From NCBI GenBank assembly GCA_035632315.1, contig DASQGZ010000034.1, positions 12,693 through 76,692 on the forward strand: a stretch of DNA of 64,000 bases, in the 5' to 3' direction. Position 1 is the stretch's first letter. Every line of letters begins with the position of its first letter. The notes beneath the pieces were generated by a model. It worked only from the letters and a program-made list of their open reading frames with translations, did no database searches and was not told the DNA's origin. The position numbers and the translations under genes were made by a program. This DNA comes from Candidatus Kapaibacterium sp. GTDB lineage: Bacteria; Bacteroidota; Ignavibacteria; Palsa-1295. Below are positions 1-10,059 of this stretch, in pieces.

Positions 1-153
1 ATTGTCTCGCTGATTATTAAGCGCCGAGTTCTGGTACCTGAAGAACAAGAAAGTGTAATGGTACAGGCATTGCTTGACAATTATATGCTGCTAATCAAGC
101 GATAATTTTTTTCATATTAACTTAACACTGTTCACTATTTAATCATTGTTATT

Positions 154-2526
154 ATGACTACCACCTCTAAGCACTTTATACTTTACGTTCTAATACTTTT
201 TTTAATCCCCTCTAGCGAAGCTTTTGCTCAGGAAGCAATCCCGAATCAAACGGTAAAAGGAATGATAACAGAGCAAGGCAGCGATCAGCCGGTACAAGGA
301 GCGATCGTCTCCATTGTCGGCACAAAGCTCGGAGCACGAACAAAAGCCGATGGAAATTTCCGAATTGAAAATGTCCCTGTCGGCAGACACGAGCTTCGAG
401 TCCTTGCAGGAGGATACGAAACGATCACCCAAGATATTCTCGTCACAAGCGGAAAGCAAGTCATCATCAATTTACCGTTGACGGCAAAAGTATATAAAGC
501 CGAACAAGTCGTCGTTCAGGCAAATGACGATTTCAAGCCGATCAATGAAGCGGCGCTTTCAAGCGCGACAACATTCACGGTCGACGAAGTAAAACGATTC
601 GCCGGCAGCCGCGAAGACCCTGCTCGTATGGCGCAGACGTTTGCCGGTGTCGTCGGCGTTGACGACCAGCGCAATGACATCATCATTCGCGGCGGCTCGC
701 CGATGGAATTGCTCTGGCGACTTGACGGCATTGATATACCAAACCCGAATCACTTTGCCACACAAGGCGCGACCGGCGGCCCCGTTAATGCCATTAACAC
801 AAACCTGCTGAGCAACAGTGATTTTCTTACGGGGGCATTCCCGGCCGAATACGGTGATAAACTTTCGGGCGTATTTGATCTGCGCACCCGTAAAGGAAAT
901 ACTGAAAAATATGAATTCGTCGGACAACTGGGATTCGCCGGAGTAGAAGCGATGGCGGAGGGCCCTCTTTTCGGCAACGGAAGCTCGTTTATTGCAAGTT
1001 ACAGAAAATCAACATTGCAGGTATTCGATGCACTCGGGATTAATTTCGGTTTTGCCGGCATCCCAAAATATGAAGATCTGACGATCAAAGCAGATATCCC
1101 CCTCGGCAGCTCGGATGCGCTTAGTATTATTAGTTTGGGCGGAACCGGCACGATCGATCTTTTCGACAGCAAAAAAGACACGGTGTATACCGGAGATTTT
1201 GATATTACGAGCGGTTCCGACCTCGGCGTTGCCGGTGCAACGTGGAAGCACACATTTAATACAAAGACAATCGGAGAATTCTCACTCAGCGGAGTCTATC
1301 AAAAATATCATACGACGGTCGATTCGCTGACGACCGATGCGTTCAACCATGTCACGAGTAAAAATCTGTTCTACGTTGCCGATTCATACGAAGGATTCTA
1401 TTCTGCAAAATACAAACTCAATTATGCGCACGACGTTTCGAATTTCTTTAGTGCAGGGATCGAAACACGATTGCCATTCTATAACATTGATGAATATCGT
1501 ACAACCGTTCGCGATGAAAAGAACGGAATCCCATACTCGATCAAAGCAAATGGTAATTCATTTCATGCACTCACATATGTAAATTGGCAATGGCGGCCGA
1601 ATGATGCGCTTACTTTCAATACTGGCGTACACGCTCAATATATTGAGATCAGTAAAAAAACTTCGATCGAGCCTCGCTTTGGCGCTCAATGGGCGTTCGC
1701 AGAAGGACAAGACCTCACGGCAGGCTTTGGCGTACATCGCCAGTCTCAGCCCCTTGTAGTGTATTTCGGGAATGCCGCGAATTCGTCGCTCGATTATACT
1801 CAGAGTCTACACTACATACTGGGATACTCAAATCGATTAGCAAGCGATCTGCTTCTGAAAGTTGAGGGTTATTATAAAGACATTTCACACGCACCGGTCA
1901 GAAGCGACTCTCTTTCATCGTTTAGCATGTTAAATGCCGGCAGTACATTTGGTGGTGTCTCTACGGACTACCCATTAATGAGTACCGGACTTGGTCGGAC
2001 GTATGGTATTGAATTCACACTGATGAAACATTTTGCCGACGGATACTATTTTACGGCAACAAGCTCGCTCTTCCGTCAACGTTTTACCGGCTCGGATGGT
2101 GTATGGAGAAACGGCGCGTTCGACAATAAGTATATCATCAATTTACTGGCGGGTTACGAATGGAAATTAAGCCCGACCTTTTCAATCGAATTTTCAGAAA
2201 AGTTAACGCTTGCCGGCGGCGCACCATATACACCGATCGATACTGTACGCGCTAGAATGTTCAATGCATCGGGTCAATTTGGCCCGCAGTACTACGATGA
2301 GACACAGGCGTTCGCCGTTCGTTATCCGGCATATAAGCGGCTCGATCTTAAAATCGAATTCAGGCAGAATCTTGGATCAGTTTCGATCATTGGGTTCATC
2401 ACCGCAGAAAATGCACTCAATGCAAAAAATATTCTGACCTATGCTTGGGATGCTCGCAGAAATGAGATCACACAACTGAATCAGTTAGGAATATTTCCGT
2501 ATGGTGGCTTTCGAATAGAGTTCTGA
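154..2526 (+). CDS. TonB-dependent outer-membrane receptor (N-terminal CarboxypepD_reg-like domain, plug, beta-barrel; C-terminal Phe)
   Basis: 790-aa ORF with signal peptide MTTTSKHFILYVLILFLIPSSEAFAQ; CarboxypepD_reg-like N-terminus (GMITEQGSDQPVQGAIVSIVGTKLGARTKADGNFRIENVPVGRHELRV); plug-like region (DIIIRGGSP); ends ...GFRIEF. Confidence 0.8.
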   Translation: MTTTSKHFILYVLILFLIPSSEAFAQEAIPNQTVKGMITEQGSDQPVQGAIVSIVGTKLGARTKADGNFRIENVPVGRHELRVLAGGYETITQDILVTSGKQVIINLPLTAKVYKAEQVVVQANDDFKPINEAALSSATTFTVDEVKRFAGSREDPARMAQTFAGVVGVDDQRNDIIIRGGSPMELLWRLDGIDIPNPNHFATQGATGGPVNAINTNLLSNSDFLTGAFPAEYGDKLSGVFDLRTRKGNTEKYEFVGQLGFAGVEAMAEGPLFGNGSSFIASYRKSTLQVFDALGINFGFAGIPKYEDLTIKADIPLGSSDALSIISLGGTGTIDLFDSKKDTVYTGDFDITSGSDLGVAGATWKHTFNTKTIGEFSLSGVYQKYHTTVDSLTTDAFNHVTSKNLFYVADSYEGFYSAKYKLNYAHDVSNFFSAGIETRLPFYNIDEYRTTVRDEKNGIPYSIKANGNSFHALTYVNWQWRPNDALTFNTGVHAQYIEISKKTSIEPRFGAQWAFAEGQDLTAGFGVHRQSQPLVVYFGNAANSSLDYTQSLHYILGYSNRLASDLLLKVEGYYKDISHAPVRSDSLSSFSMLNAGSTFGGVSTDYPLMSTGLGRTYGIEFTLMKHFADGYYFTATSSLFRQRFTGSDGVWRNGAFDNKYIINLLAGYEWKLSPTFSIEFSEKLTLAGGAPYTPIDTVRARMFNASGQFGPQYYDETQAFAVRYPAYKRLDLKIEFRQNLGSVSIIGFITAENALNAKNILTYAWDARRNEITQLNQLGIFPYGGFRIEF

Positions 2527-2535
2527 TCACCCAAA

Positions 2536-2570
2536 GAAAAAGCGAGCGTTCAAACGCTCGCTTTTTTATT
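2536..2570. terminator. rho-independent hairpin terminator (bidirectional)
   Basis: aaaaagcgagcgttcaaacgctcgcttttttatt: perfect GC-rich stem flanked by A-run and T-run, immediately after the receptor stop codon. Confidence 0.6.
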
Positions 2571-2572
2571 TG

Positions 2573-2646
2573 TAGCGGGGGAGGGATTTGAACCCACGAC
2601 CTGCGGATTATGATTCCGACGCTCTAACCAACTGAGCTACCCCGCC
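2573..2646 (-). tRNA. tRNA with CAT anticodon (elongator tRNA-Met, or tRNA-Ile2 if lysidinylated)
   Basis: Reverse complement GGCGGGGTAGCTCAGTTGGTTAGAGCGTCGGAATCATAATCCGCAGGTCGTGGGTTCAAATCCCTCCCCCGCTA folds as a cloverleaf with a 7-bp acceptor stem, D-arm GCTC/GAGC, anticodon loop ATCATAA, T-loop TTCAAAT and discriminator A; two stem mismatches (27-43 and 50-64); CCA not encoded. Confidence 0.6.
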
Positions 2647-2677
2647 GCAATCTTCCACAACAAATACGCGGCCGTTA

Positions 2678-3379
2678 TTGTTGAGAGCGCTCCTAACGAA
2701 TAAGCGAATACGTCAAGTTCCGATGTCATCAAAGAAAGCCTATCCGCTTCATTATCTTGAACGACTTCCTAAAACGGGAAGCACATCCCGGCATCCTGTC
2801 ATTATCCTCCTGCATGGAAGAGCAGCGAAAGCTGAAACGATCTTTTCCATCGAAGGCCTTTTCGATCCCTCATTTCATATCATTGCAATTCAGGCGCCGT
2901 ACAGCAGCGAGAAGGGTGACTTCGAATGGTTCTTGCCATACGATTACGAACGTCCGCTTGAATCGTTTTCTGAGCAGCAGTTTCGTGAATCGGAAACAAT
3001 ATTGACTGAACAAATTCAAGCAATGATGATCGAACGTTCGGTAACTGCAGACCGGCTTTTTATCGGCGGATTCAGTCAAGGTGCGGCGATGAGCCACATT
3101 ATTTCACTCCGAGGAAATATCTCTGTTCGCGGAGTACTTGCGATGAGCGGCTTTTTCCCAAGACCGCTGTTATATTGGAAATTGCCCGAAATACGTTCGT
3201 CTTATTTTATCTCTCACGGGACGAACGACAAAGTCTTATCTATTTCAGAGTCGAAGTTCGCATACGACTTTTATACAGAGCATCATATTGATGCTGAATT
3301 CTTCGAGTATAATGGCCGCCACAAAATGACGATTTCGTTATTACAAAAAATAAATGATTGGATCAGGACGAAGTATTAA
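2678..3379 (+). CDS. phospholipase/carboxylesterase-family alpha/beta hydrolase
   Basis: 233 aa; nucleophile elbow GGFSQGAAMS; HG...ISHGTNDKV; typical PF02230-like layout. Confidence 0.7.
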   Translation: MLRALLTNKRIRQVPMSSKKAYPLHYLERLPKTGSTSRHPVIILLHGRAAKAETIFSIEGLFDPSFHIIAIQAPYSSEKGDFEWFLPYDYERPLESFSEQQFRESETILTEQIQAMMIERSVTADRLFIGGFSQGAAMSHIISLRGNISVRGVLAMSGFFPRPLLYWKLPEIRSSYFISHGTNDKVLSISESKFAYDFYTEHHIDAEFFEYNGRHKMTISLLQKINDWIRTKY

Positions 3380-3396
3380 TACGCCTGAATGCTGTG

Positions 3397-3717
3397 CTAA
3401 TTAAAATCGAGAACTCGTATGCGGTCACCATCACGAATCGTGATCACGCCGCTTCCGAATTTCGATTCAAGGTATGGTGAACGGATAAGCCATTTACGAT
3501 CCGTGCTTGGTAAGATACTATTTTGCCCTTTGAACATAAATGGGTCGCGCTCGTCGGTCTCGGAACCATCGTTGACAAACAGCCAATATGCAGTTTTCCC
3601 GCGCGGTGTTTTCAGCCGAAGCCGGTAACCGCCTGTCGTTTTCGAAAGAGAAAAATCTGTCGCGGTATTTATCGAGAGAGAAACAGTATTGAATTGCACT
3701 TTCACCTCATGCCACAC
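3397..3717 (-). CDS. hypothetical small protein (GTG start), last gene of the sugar operon
   Basis: 106-aa ORF co-directional with and downstream of 3787..5022; no recognisable motif. Confidence 0.3.
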   Translation of the reverse strand: MWHEVKVQFNTVSLSINTATDFSLSKTTGGYRLRLKTPRGKTAYWLFVNDGSETDERDPFMFKGQNSILPSTDRKWLIRSPYLESKFGSGVITIRDGDRIRVLDFN

Positions 3718-3786
3718 AGTTGAATCGACTTCGAGAAACTCTCCCCAATCCGGAATAAACAGATCGACATGATGATACGCGGCATC

Positions 3787-5022
3787 TTACGGAATGTCGT
3801 ATGAACATCGTAACTCATTCCTTCGCTGCCACACGGTTTCGTACGGCGATGCTCCGACCCATTTATCTTCACTGGTGTACCCTGCTTTCACTGCTTCGAT
3901 CTTTTCAAGCATGAATGACGGCTCTTCGGGAAAGAATGTACCAAGTTCTTTTGCAGAGTAATATGGATGAAGTCCGGCAATCACTGAATATGGGTTCTGA
4001 GATCTCAGCACAAGTGACCATGTTCGCTGTTGGATCGGTTGTGCGATCCCGCTCTCAAGTGAGCCAAGAGCATAATCGCGAGCCATATATGTATATTTAT
4101 GTATAGATTTTACAGCCGGTATTTCATAACGAACTCGTCTGCGTGAACGAACGATCTCAGTACATTCGAACGAATTGTTTCGTTTGTGTGCAATCTCGCG
4201 AATGATCTCCGGAAGAACATACGATGTGGCAGCGACAAATACGATATCAGGAAGAATATGAGTTATAGAGTCTTCAAAAAAATATTCTCCGTACGAGGCA
4301 GCTTCTGTATTTGACGGCACAAGCGTAGATTCATTTGCGTCACGTGAATGCGCCCCGCAGTAACTTCCCCCAAGATATTTCACGGAATAATTTGCCAGCA
4401 GATATTCGAGCATCATTTCGGATTTACTTCGAATTGCCGAATCGCGGCTGTATTCACTAAGAAGAACGAGTGGTGTAATATAATAATATAAATAACGAGG
4501 AGAATCGAACTCTGTCATCCCTGTTCGAACAGTTTCATGTATCCAATACAGAAGCCACTCTTTCGATTCTGCGTTGATCTCCTGTGAAGAACGACCCATA
4601 AACCATTCACTCGCATCGAGAGAATCCCACTCCTCGCTGAAAAGAAATAAAGATCCGTAATACATTAAAAAATGATTTTCCGTATCTCCGCGATATGGGG
4701 TAAAATGCTTCCAACACTCACGGATCTTTTGTTTATAGGATACGGGAAGAATATTTTTACATGAAAAATAGAGTCCGGCACAGCCATACATCCAAAACAT
4801 ATCACCATATTCACGGCCTAATAATGTGTCAAGCTGCCCGTACGCAAGCTTAGGGTTTATTCCTTCGAGTAGCTTTGCCGTCACTGCCGAAAATGTCGGG
4901 TGATATTCTGTCTGCGCGATCTTTTCGATAACCTCAAATTTAATTGCGTCAGACTGCGCATACGAAGTCTTGCATAATATAATACAAATAGTAAATATAA
5001 TGATATATTTAAATGGAGTCAT
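3787..5022 (-). CDS. secreted hypothetical protein
   Basis: 411 aa with signal peptide MTPFKYIIIFTICIILCKTSYAQ; stop overlaps the start of the upstream gene (ATGA at 5022). Confidence 0.6.
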   Translation of the reverse strand: MTPFKYIIIFTICIILCKTSYAQSDAIKFEVIEKIAQTEYHPTFSAVTAKLLEGINPKLAYGQLDTLLGREYGDMFWMYGCAGLYFSCKNILPVSYKQKIRECWKHFTPYRGDTENHFLMYYGSLFLFSEEWDSLDASEWFMGRSSQEINAESKEWLLYWIHETVRTGMTEFDSPRYLYYYITPLVLLSEYSRDSAIRSKSEMMLEYLLANYSVKYLGGSYCGAHSRDANESTLVPSNTEAASYGEYFFEDSITHILPDIVFVAATSYVLPEIIREIAHKRNNSFECTEIVRSRRRVRYEIPAVKSIHKYTYMARDYALGSLESGIAQPIQQRTWSLVLRSQNPYSVIAGLHPYYSAKELGTFFPEEPSFMLEKIEAVKAGYTSEDKWVGASPYETVWQRRNELRCSYDIP

Positions 5023-5897
5023 TATTTAACGGTGGCTGATCTGATCGACCACAACTGAAGCGAGTCCAGGCCTGAACGAAGGAAAAAACGTTTGCTTCCA
5101 TAGAGATCGCAGACCCAAACCCCGCCTGAAAGAGAGACTGCATACATTTTATTTCCGATAGTGATCATCGAATGGATATTTCTTGGAGATCCTGTTATTA
5201 AATGCAGGACACGACTGCTGTCATACTCATATATACCCCTCTCCCCGCTGATAAAGATATTCGAGTCGGAATATGCAACACTCCACAACGGGCCCCGCTG
5301 TGAGTACTGACGAACAACCTGCTTCCCATTTGCAAACAAACCTCCGTCATTCGTAAGAACTAATTGCGTCTCATTATTCAGAACATCGGCAACTATATTT
5401 GGTACCACACGATGATCCCGGTCATAATATAAATGAGATTGAAATTCTCTGGGGCCCGACTCACTCCAATGTTCTCCTCGATCAGTGCTTGACCACATGC
5501 CTGTCGAAGTTGCAATGGATATTTTTTCCGGATCTGCTTGATCGATCGCAACGTCCATTACCTCAGCAACTTTCCAATCGGTGAGCATTCGCCAATGAGC
5601 GCCTGCATCAGTTGAACGCATACAGCCATTTCCACAGCCGAGATAGAGCGTTCTGCCAAAACTCGAATCGACAACTGCAACAGAGTAACATTTCACATGG
5701 CTCCATCCGACATGTTTCCAGGTCGAGCCGCTATCGTCACTCGTCCAAAGTCCGGCTCCGGTCGAACTGCCGCCCATAAATGCAGAGGGATCATCGTTTG
5801 CAAGGGCACAGGTATATAAACGCAGGTGATTCTGGGCAGACAAATTTGATGCCCATAAAAAGAGACTACAGACAAAGAGTAGAATTACAATTCGCAT
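5022..5897 (-). CDS. secreted BNR/Asp-box repeat protein (sialidase/Ycf48-like beta-propeller)
   Basis: signal peptide; three SxDxGxTW boxes (SDDSGSTW, STDAGAHW, STDRGEHW). Confidence 0.7.
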   Translation of the reverse strand: MRIVILLFVCSLFLWASNLSAQNHLRLYTCALANDDPSAFMGGSSTGAGLWTSDDSGSTWKHVGWSHVKCYSVAVVDSSFGRTLYLGCGNGCMRSTDAGAHWRMLTDWKVAEVMDVAIDQADPEKISIATSTGMWSSTDRGEHWSESGPREFQSHLYYDRDHRVVPNIVADVLNNETQLVLTNDGGLFANGKQVVRQYSQRGPLWSVAYSDSNIFISGERGIYEYDSSRVLHLITGSPRNIHSMITIGNKMYAVSLSGGVWVCDLYGSKRFFLRSGLDSLQLWSIRSATVK

Positions 5898-7888
5898 TCG
5901 ATGTATCCATCCCGAAAGCGGATTTTTGCAGAAAGACCGTTAACTTTTGGAGTGTATGTCAAAATGTTATTTTCGAGTTTTGCGCCAAGCATATCCCGTA
6001 CAACAAGAATAATAAATTCCGCCCACGACCATGGTAGAATCCCGATCGGTGGTAACGGCGGTGTAGGTCGCGAACCGTAAAATTCAAAGAACGACCCCGA
6101 GGCTCCTGCCTTATTAATAAGCCACTCCATCGCCTTATCAAACCAAACCCTCTCATTAAATTGTAATGCACACTGAGCAAATAAAATTGTGGCAAGCGAC
6201 CATGGTCCCGGTGAATCAGGCTCGCCCGAAATATCATAACGGCCAAGTCCGCCGCCGTCCCATGCTTGTGACCACAGCGCTGTGATGTCTGCAAACGTAT
6301 CTTTTGCTATACTGCTATTCCGGTCGATCACACCGAAGAGTACCGGAAAGAGTTGCGTAATATCAGGCTCAAGCTTGTGGACTCCTTTTCCTGATAATGG
6401 CATTGTTTTCGGAACGAACCTGGAAAAAAAGTCCTCGGCTTCTTTTTTCGTGTTAAGACGAATCTCTGTTTGCACACGTCCATCAACAAGAATTCTCTTT
6501 CGAATTTTCCCTTCGCGAATGAACAAGTGGGTCGGGTGAGAAAGAAATGCTGTTCTCATTTTCTGTGCTGCATCGTGCCATTTCAGGGCTTTCTGTTGCT
6601 TCCCTAAACGATCTGCAATGACCGATGCCGACTCCAGTCCGCAGATCGCAACTGTTTGATGAACTATGTCGTAACCCGATTCAATGCCCATTGCTGCCAT
6701 GCGTTCCCAAATATCGCGCGATGATTTGAGTAGATTTGTGTTCGAATCAAAAAATTCCGAATGCAATAGATAGTCTGCAACTCTTTCGATGGGGTCCGAA
6801 TAATCGTTGAAGAATTTTTCATCTGCCGTCCAGTCGAGATATGTTCGAAGGGCCATGAGGACAAATCCGTTCGAGTCAAGCTCGGCATCTCGTCCGCCTC
6901 GAAAACGACTCGCTTCGGCGATCATCCCCACGTTACTTGTCAAGCGTGTGAGTATGTTCTTCAGTACAGCCCTTGCACGATCGAATTGCCCCGAATAAAC
7001 AAGTCCTTCAGCTACCCGTGAAGCGTCTCTCCCCCACTGCATTCCATACTGCCAGATGCCGGAATCGAATCTTCCGTCATCTGATACCACCGCTCGAAGT
7101 CCGTATTTCGCAGCGTCAAATAGTTTTGCGATCGGCTCTGATATATTATTACTCGAAACTATATTTGATGATGTATTCCAATATTTTTGTTCGTCTGTGA
7201 ATTCACTTGCGAGATCGATACTGACATCTGTTAATTGATGATTAACAATATAGATAAATTGGGACTCAGTATTATCACCTTGGATTCCCTCAGGAGTAAG
7301 GGTAATAAATCTCTCATTGGTTGTTACTGTCGGAGAACCGGTAATGACGATCGCTCCGTGTCCGGAAGCAACGAGCGATCTGTCGGAAGCGTAAAATGAA
7401 GAATATAATACAGGGTTTGCGTACAATCCCGTTTCGATCTGAATATCTCGTTTGCCGGCATTATAAACATTTACCCATCTGATAAGATGATCAGCACCGT
7501 CCGGCACATAAAAACTTTCCCAGACGTCGCAATTGCCTGCGTGCCAATGTGCAAGAATGGTCGGAACTCCCTCATATTCAGACCACTCAACTGTCAAGTC
7601 ATCGTGTGTAGGCCTGTGGCGTATACCTTCGATCGTGACCGTCAGCATCGTACGTTCTAAGCCATACTCAGGGTGGAAAAGATAGCTTCCCCATTTACGG
7701 GTAAAATGCATCGGTTCTTGCAAAATAATACCGAGCGGCGTTGCGTCTAGGTTTCTGCTCCATTGAATACACGCCGTGATTTTGCCGGAGCCGAGAAAAA
7801 AGTAATCGGTGTCGGCAAGCATCGTTTGGTGATCGGGATGTAGTGATTGAAGATTATTCACGACAAGCAAAGTTACGTCACGAGCCAA
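5885..7888 (-). CDS. six-hairpin (alpha/alpha)6 glycoside hydrolase, GH15-like (glucoamylase/trehalase/glucodextranase family) with N-terminal beta-sandwich domain
   Basis: 667 aa, the size of bacterial GH15 enzymes; motifs QYGMQWGRDAS and RDIWERM resemble GH15 conserved regions; 13-nt overlap with the downstream BNR gene. Confidence 0.55.
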   Translation of the reverse strand: MARDVTLLVVNNLQSLHPDHQTMLADTDYFFLGSGKITACIQWSRNLDATPLGIILQEPMHFTRKWGSYLFHPEYGLERTMLTVTIEGIRHRPTHDDLTVEWSEYEGVPTILAHWHAGNCDVWESFYVPDGADHLIRWVNVYNAGKRDIQIETGLYANPVLYSSFYASDRSLVASGHGAIVITGSPTVTTNERFITLTPEGIQGDNTESQFIYIVNHQLTDVSIDLASEFTDEQKYWNTSSNIVSSNNISEPIAKLFDAAKYGLRAVVSDDGRFDSGIWQYGMQWGRDASRVAEGLVYSGQFDRARAVLKNILTRLTSNVGMIAEASRFRGGRDAELDSNGFVLMALRTYLDWTADEKFFNDYSDPIERVADYLLHSEFFDSNTNLLKSSRDIWERMAAMGIESGYDIVHQTVAICGLESASVIADRLGKQQKALKWHDAAQKMRTAFLSHPTHLFIREGKIRKRILVDGRVQTEIRLNTKKEAEDFFSRFVPKTMPLSGKGVHKLEPDITQLFPVLFGVIDRNSSIAKDTFADITALWSQAWDGGGLGRYDISGEPDSPGPWSLATILFAQCALQFNERVWFDKAMEWLINKAGASGSFFEFYGSRPTPPLPPIGILPWSWAEFIILVVRDMLGAKLENNILTYTPKVNGLSAKIRFRDGYIECEL

Positions 7889-9983
7889 TGCTCATAATCC
7901 AAATATATAGTAAAACGATTACCCCCACACCAACCCAAGAGAGCAGGAATCCAAGAATGTCACTTCGTGTCGGTTTCCAGAATTCCCAATTTGTATGCGG
8001 AAATAATTTATTTTTCTCGATGAGCGTCGGATCGTTCACACGGCGCAGAACTTCAGCATCATCTACTGCCCTGTCTGCAACGGATGGCGTATGCACTCGA
8101 GCATAAAACTCTCGCAGTACTCGTTGCGAATTTGGCTTTGTCAACAGACTCACCAGAAAAAGTATGACGAACGGGAAAATAATATCGAATGCAAACGAGG
8201 CAGTGTCGAGCCCTGCTTTCGAATAATTCGTAAAGTCAAATCCGACGAGCGACAGAAGCCAAAGCTCCGCTTTGAATGTGCCGATACCGATGTGTTTTGA
8301 ATTCTGATCTGCCGGGTCAGTCGCTTCTATTTTTTCGAAAAAGATCGGAGTAGAAGCAACATCAATATGTTTCGTAATTTTCTCACCCAGTGAATGGGCC
8401 GCACCGTTTGCAACATCCGATTCTTTTGCACGAACAGTCGCAACTTCTGTTTTCGAATGAGTCGATCGAAGGAGCGACGGGTCGGTTCGAATTGACGTGA
8501 TCGCAGGCATAAGCGTCGGCATAATAACGGTCACAAAGATCGAAAGACACATCTGAAGCACGACTGCTTTCGTCGTAAGCCGACGCCAAAAATAGACAAG
8601 CCAGAGCGACGGACCGATCACCGTACCGATCGCAAGCACATATTTAAATACGACAAAAATATCATCGACCACATACGCGAACGCAATACCTCCGAGAAGT
8701 ACGAGAAAGATAACGATGCGGCCGGCGAGCAATTGAGTTTTCTCGGAAGTACCCGGACGCAACGGAAGTAAAATATTTTTTGTGAAAGCCGCAGACCATT
8801 CGAGACTCGATCCCGCTTTCGATGACATATTGGCTGCAAGAACACTCGCGATCATCAGCCCGACAAAGCCGACACCAAGCAGATCGTTCGTCATCGTGCC
8901 CCAAATGAATGTCGCATCGGAAAGTGTACCTCCATAGAGTGCCAGTGCGATCATACCGGTGAGCGCCCAACCAATGATAAGCAGGCGCTTTGCAAATGCC
9001 CCGCTGACCATTCCGATTCGCGCTGACGAATCGTCTTTTGCAGAACCTCCGACAGTGAAGTTGCGCGGTGCAAGACCGATAAGATTCACCAGTACCATCG
9101 TCAGAACAAAATACCACGTATAATTACTGCCCGCTCCGCTGCCGAAGAGATCGAACAGTGCATCCGGTACTTTCCGATGCAATCCCTCAAATCCTCCGAG
9201 GACGTGAAGTCCGACCGGTATCAGTGCTGTTGAAAGAAAGAAGATCATAATGCCTTGCAACACATCCGTAAATGCTGCAGCAAATAAACCGCCCATAATG
9301 ACATACGCCGCCGTAATACATCCGTAAATCAGATAGAAAGTAGTCAGATCTAGGTATGAAATACTGGAAACGATCTCTCCCCGATTCGATAATTCATGAA
9401 GATAGTTCAACCTCGATAGTGACTGAGCATTGAGTGAACTGTGCGATTGCGTCTCTTCGAGCGTTTTCATTTCCGAAAACATCACAACCTTCTGCCGCTC
9501 CTCGAGCGTACATTCATTCGCCGGTTTTATCATTACCGCTTGCATTGTTTTGCCCGTGATTAGATACCCGAGCGAAGAACCATAGATAGCTGATAGTAAG
9601 AGATACACAGCAAAGAGTCCCGACAAAAATTTCGATTCGAACCGATGTTCATAGATATCGCCTGGACCGACATAGCGCGCCCTTCGCTGCAAGACGGCGC
9701 TAAACCAATAGAAAGGCGTAATGAAGAGCACAAGATTCTGAAACCATACGCCGGAAAGACCTTGACGGTAAATTTCGCGTGTGACCCCGGCAGCCTGATC
9801 GGCGCTGACCATATTGCCAAAATTCAAGAACGTGGTCAGCACTTTGCCAAAACTTCGCCCTCCTTGAAAGAAATCGCTTGTGGACCTAATGCGGCGCTGT
9901 GTTCGCCGCCCGATATAGATAAGTACTGCAACGTAGAGCAGAATGATCGCCCAATCAAGAATATGCAGGCCCCAAATCCTCAC
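7878..9983 (-). CDS. sodium:solute symporter family (SSS) transporter with long C-terminal extension
   Basis: 701 aa, multi-TM; N-terminal region (FFQGGRSFGKVLTTFLNFGNMVSADQAAGVTREIYRQGLSG) typical of SSS; first gene of a four-gene operon with overlapping stops and starts. Confidence 0.8.
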   Translation of the reverse strand: MRIWGLHILDWAIILLYVAVLIYIGRRTQRRIRSTSDFFQGGRSFGKVLTTFLNFGNMVSADQAAGVTREIYRQGLSGVWFQNLVLFITPFYWFSAVLQRRARYVGPGDIYEHRFESKFLSGLFAVYLLLSAIYGSSLGYLITGKTMQAVMIKPANECTLEERQKVVMFSEMKTLEETQSHSSLNAQSLSRLNYLHELSNRGEIVSSISYLDLTTFYLIYGCITAAYVIMGGLFAAAFTDVLQGIMIFFLSTALIPVGLHVLGGFEGLHRKVPDALFDLFGSGAGSNYTWYFVLTMVLVNLIGLAPRNFTVGGSAKDDSSARIGMVSGAFAKRLLIIGWALTGMIALALYGGTLSDATFIWGTMTNDLLGVGFVGLMIASVLAANMSSKAGSSLEWSAAFTKNILLPLRPGTSEKTQLLAGRIVIFLVLLGGIAFAYVVDDIFVVFKYVLAIGTVIGPSLWLVYFWRRLTTKAVVLQMCLSIFVTVIMPTLMPAITSIRTDPSLLRSTHSKTEVATVRAKESDVANGAAHSLGEKITKHIDVASTPIFFEKIEATDPADQNSKHIGIGTFKAELWLLSLVGFDFTNYSKAGLDTASFAFDIIFPFVILFLVSLLTKPNSQRVLREFYARVHTPSVADRAVDDAEVLRRVNDPTLIEKNKLFPHTNWEFWKPTRSDILGFLLSWVGVGVIVLLYIWIMSIGS

Positions 9984-10059
9984 GTTCAGTAGTGTTTATG
10001 CGATATTTGTAATGAATATCATTTGAATTGGAATTCTCTATCGAACGAGAAAGTTTCTG

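Noticed and set aside
154-2526. TonB-dependent receptor as SusC of a polysaccharide utilisation locus
   Set aside because: No SusD-like lipoprotein gene follows; a terminator, a tRNA and an esterase follow instead.
2573-10000. Genomic island or prophage integrated at the tRNA
   Set aside because: No integrase, transposase, phage structural gene or flanking direct repeat is detected. Downstream genes form a metabolic operon with native-looking GC content.
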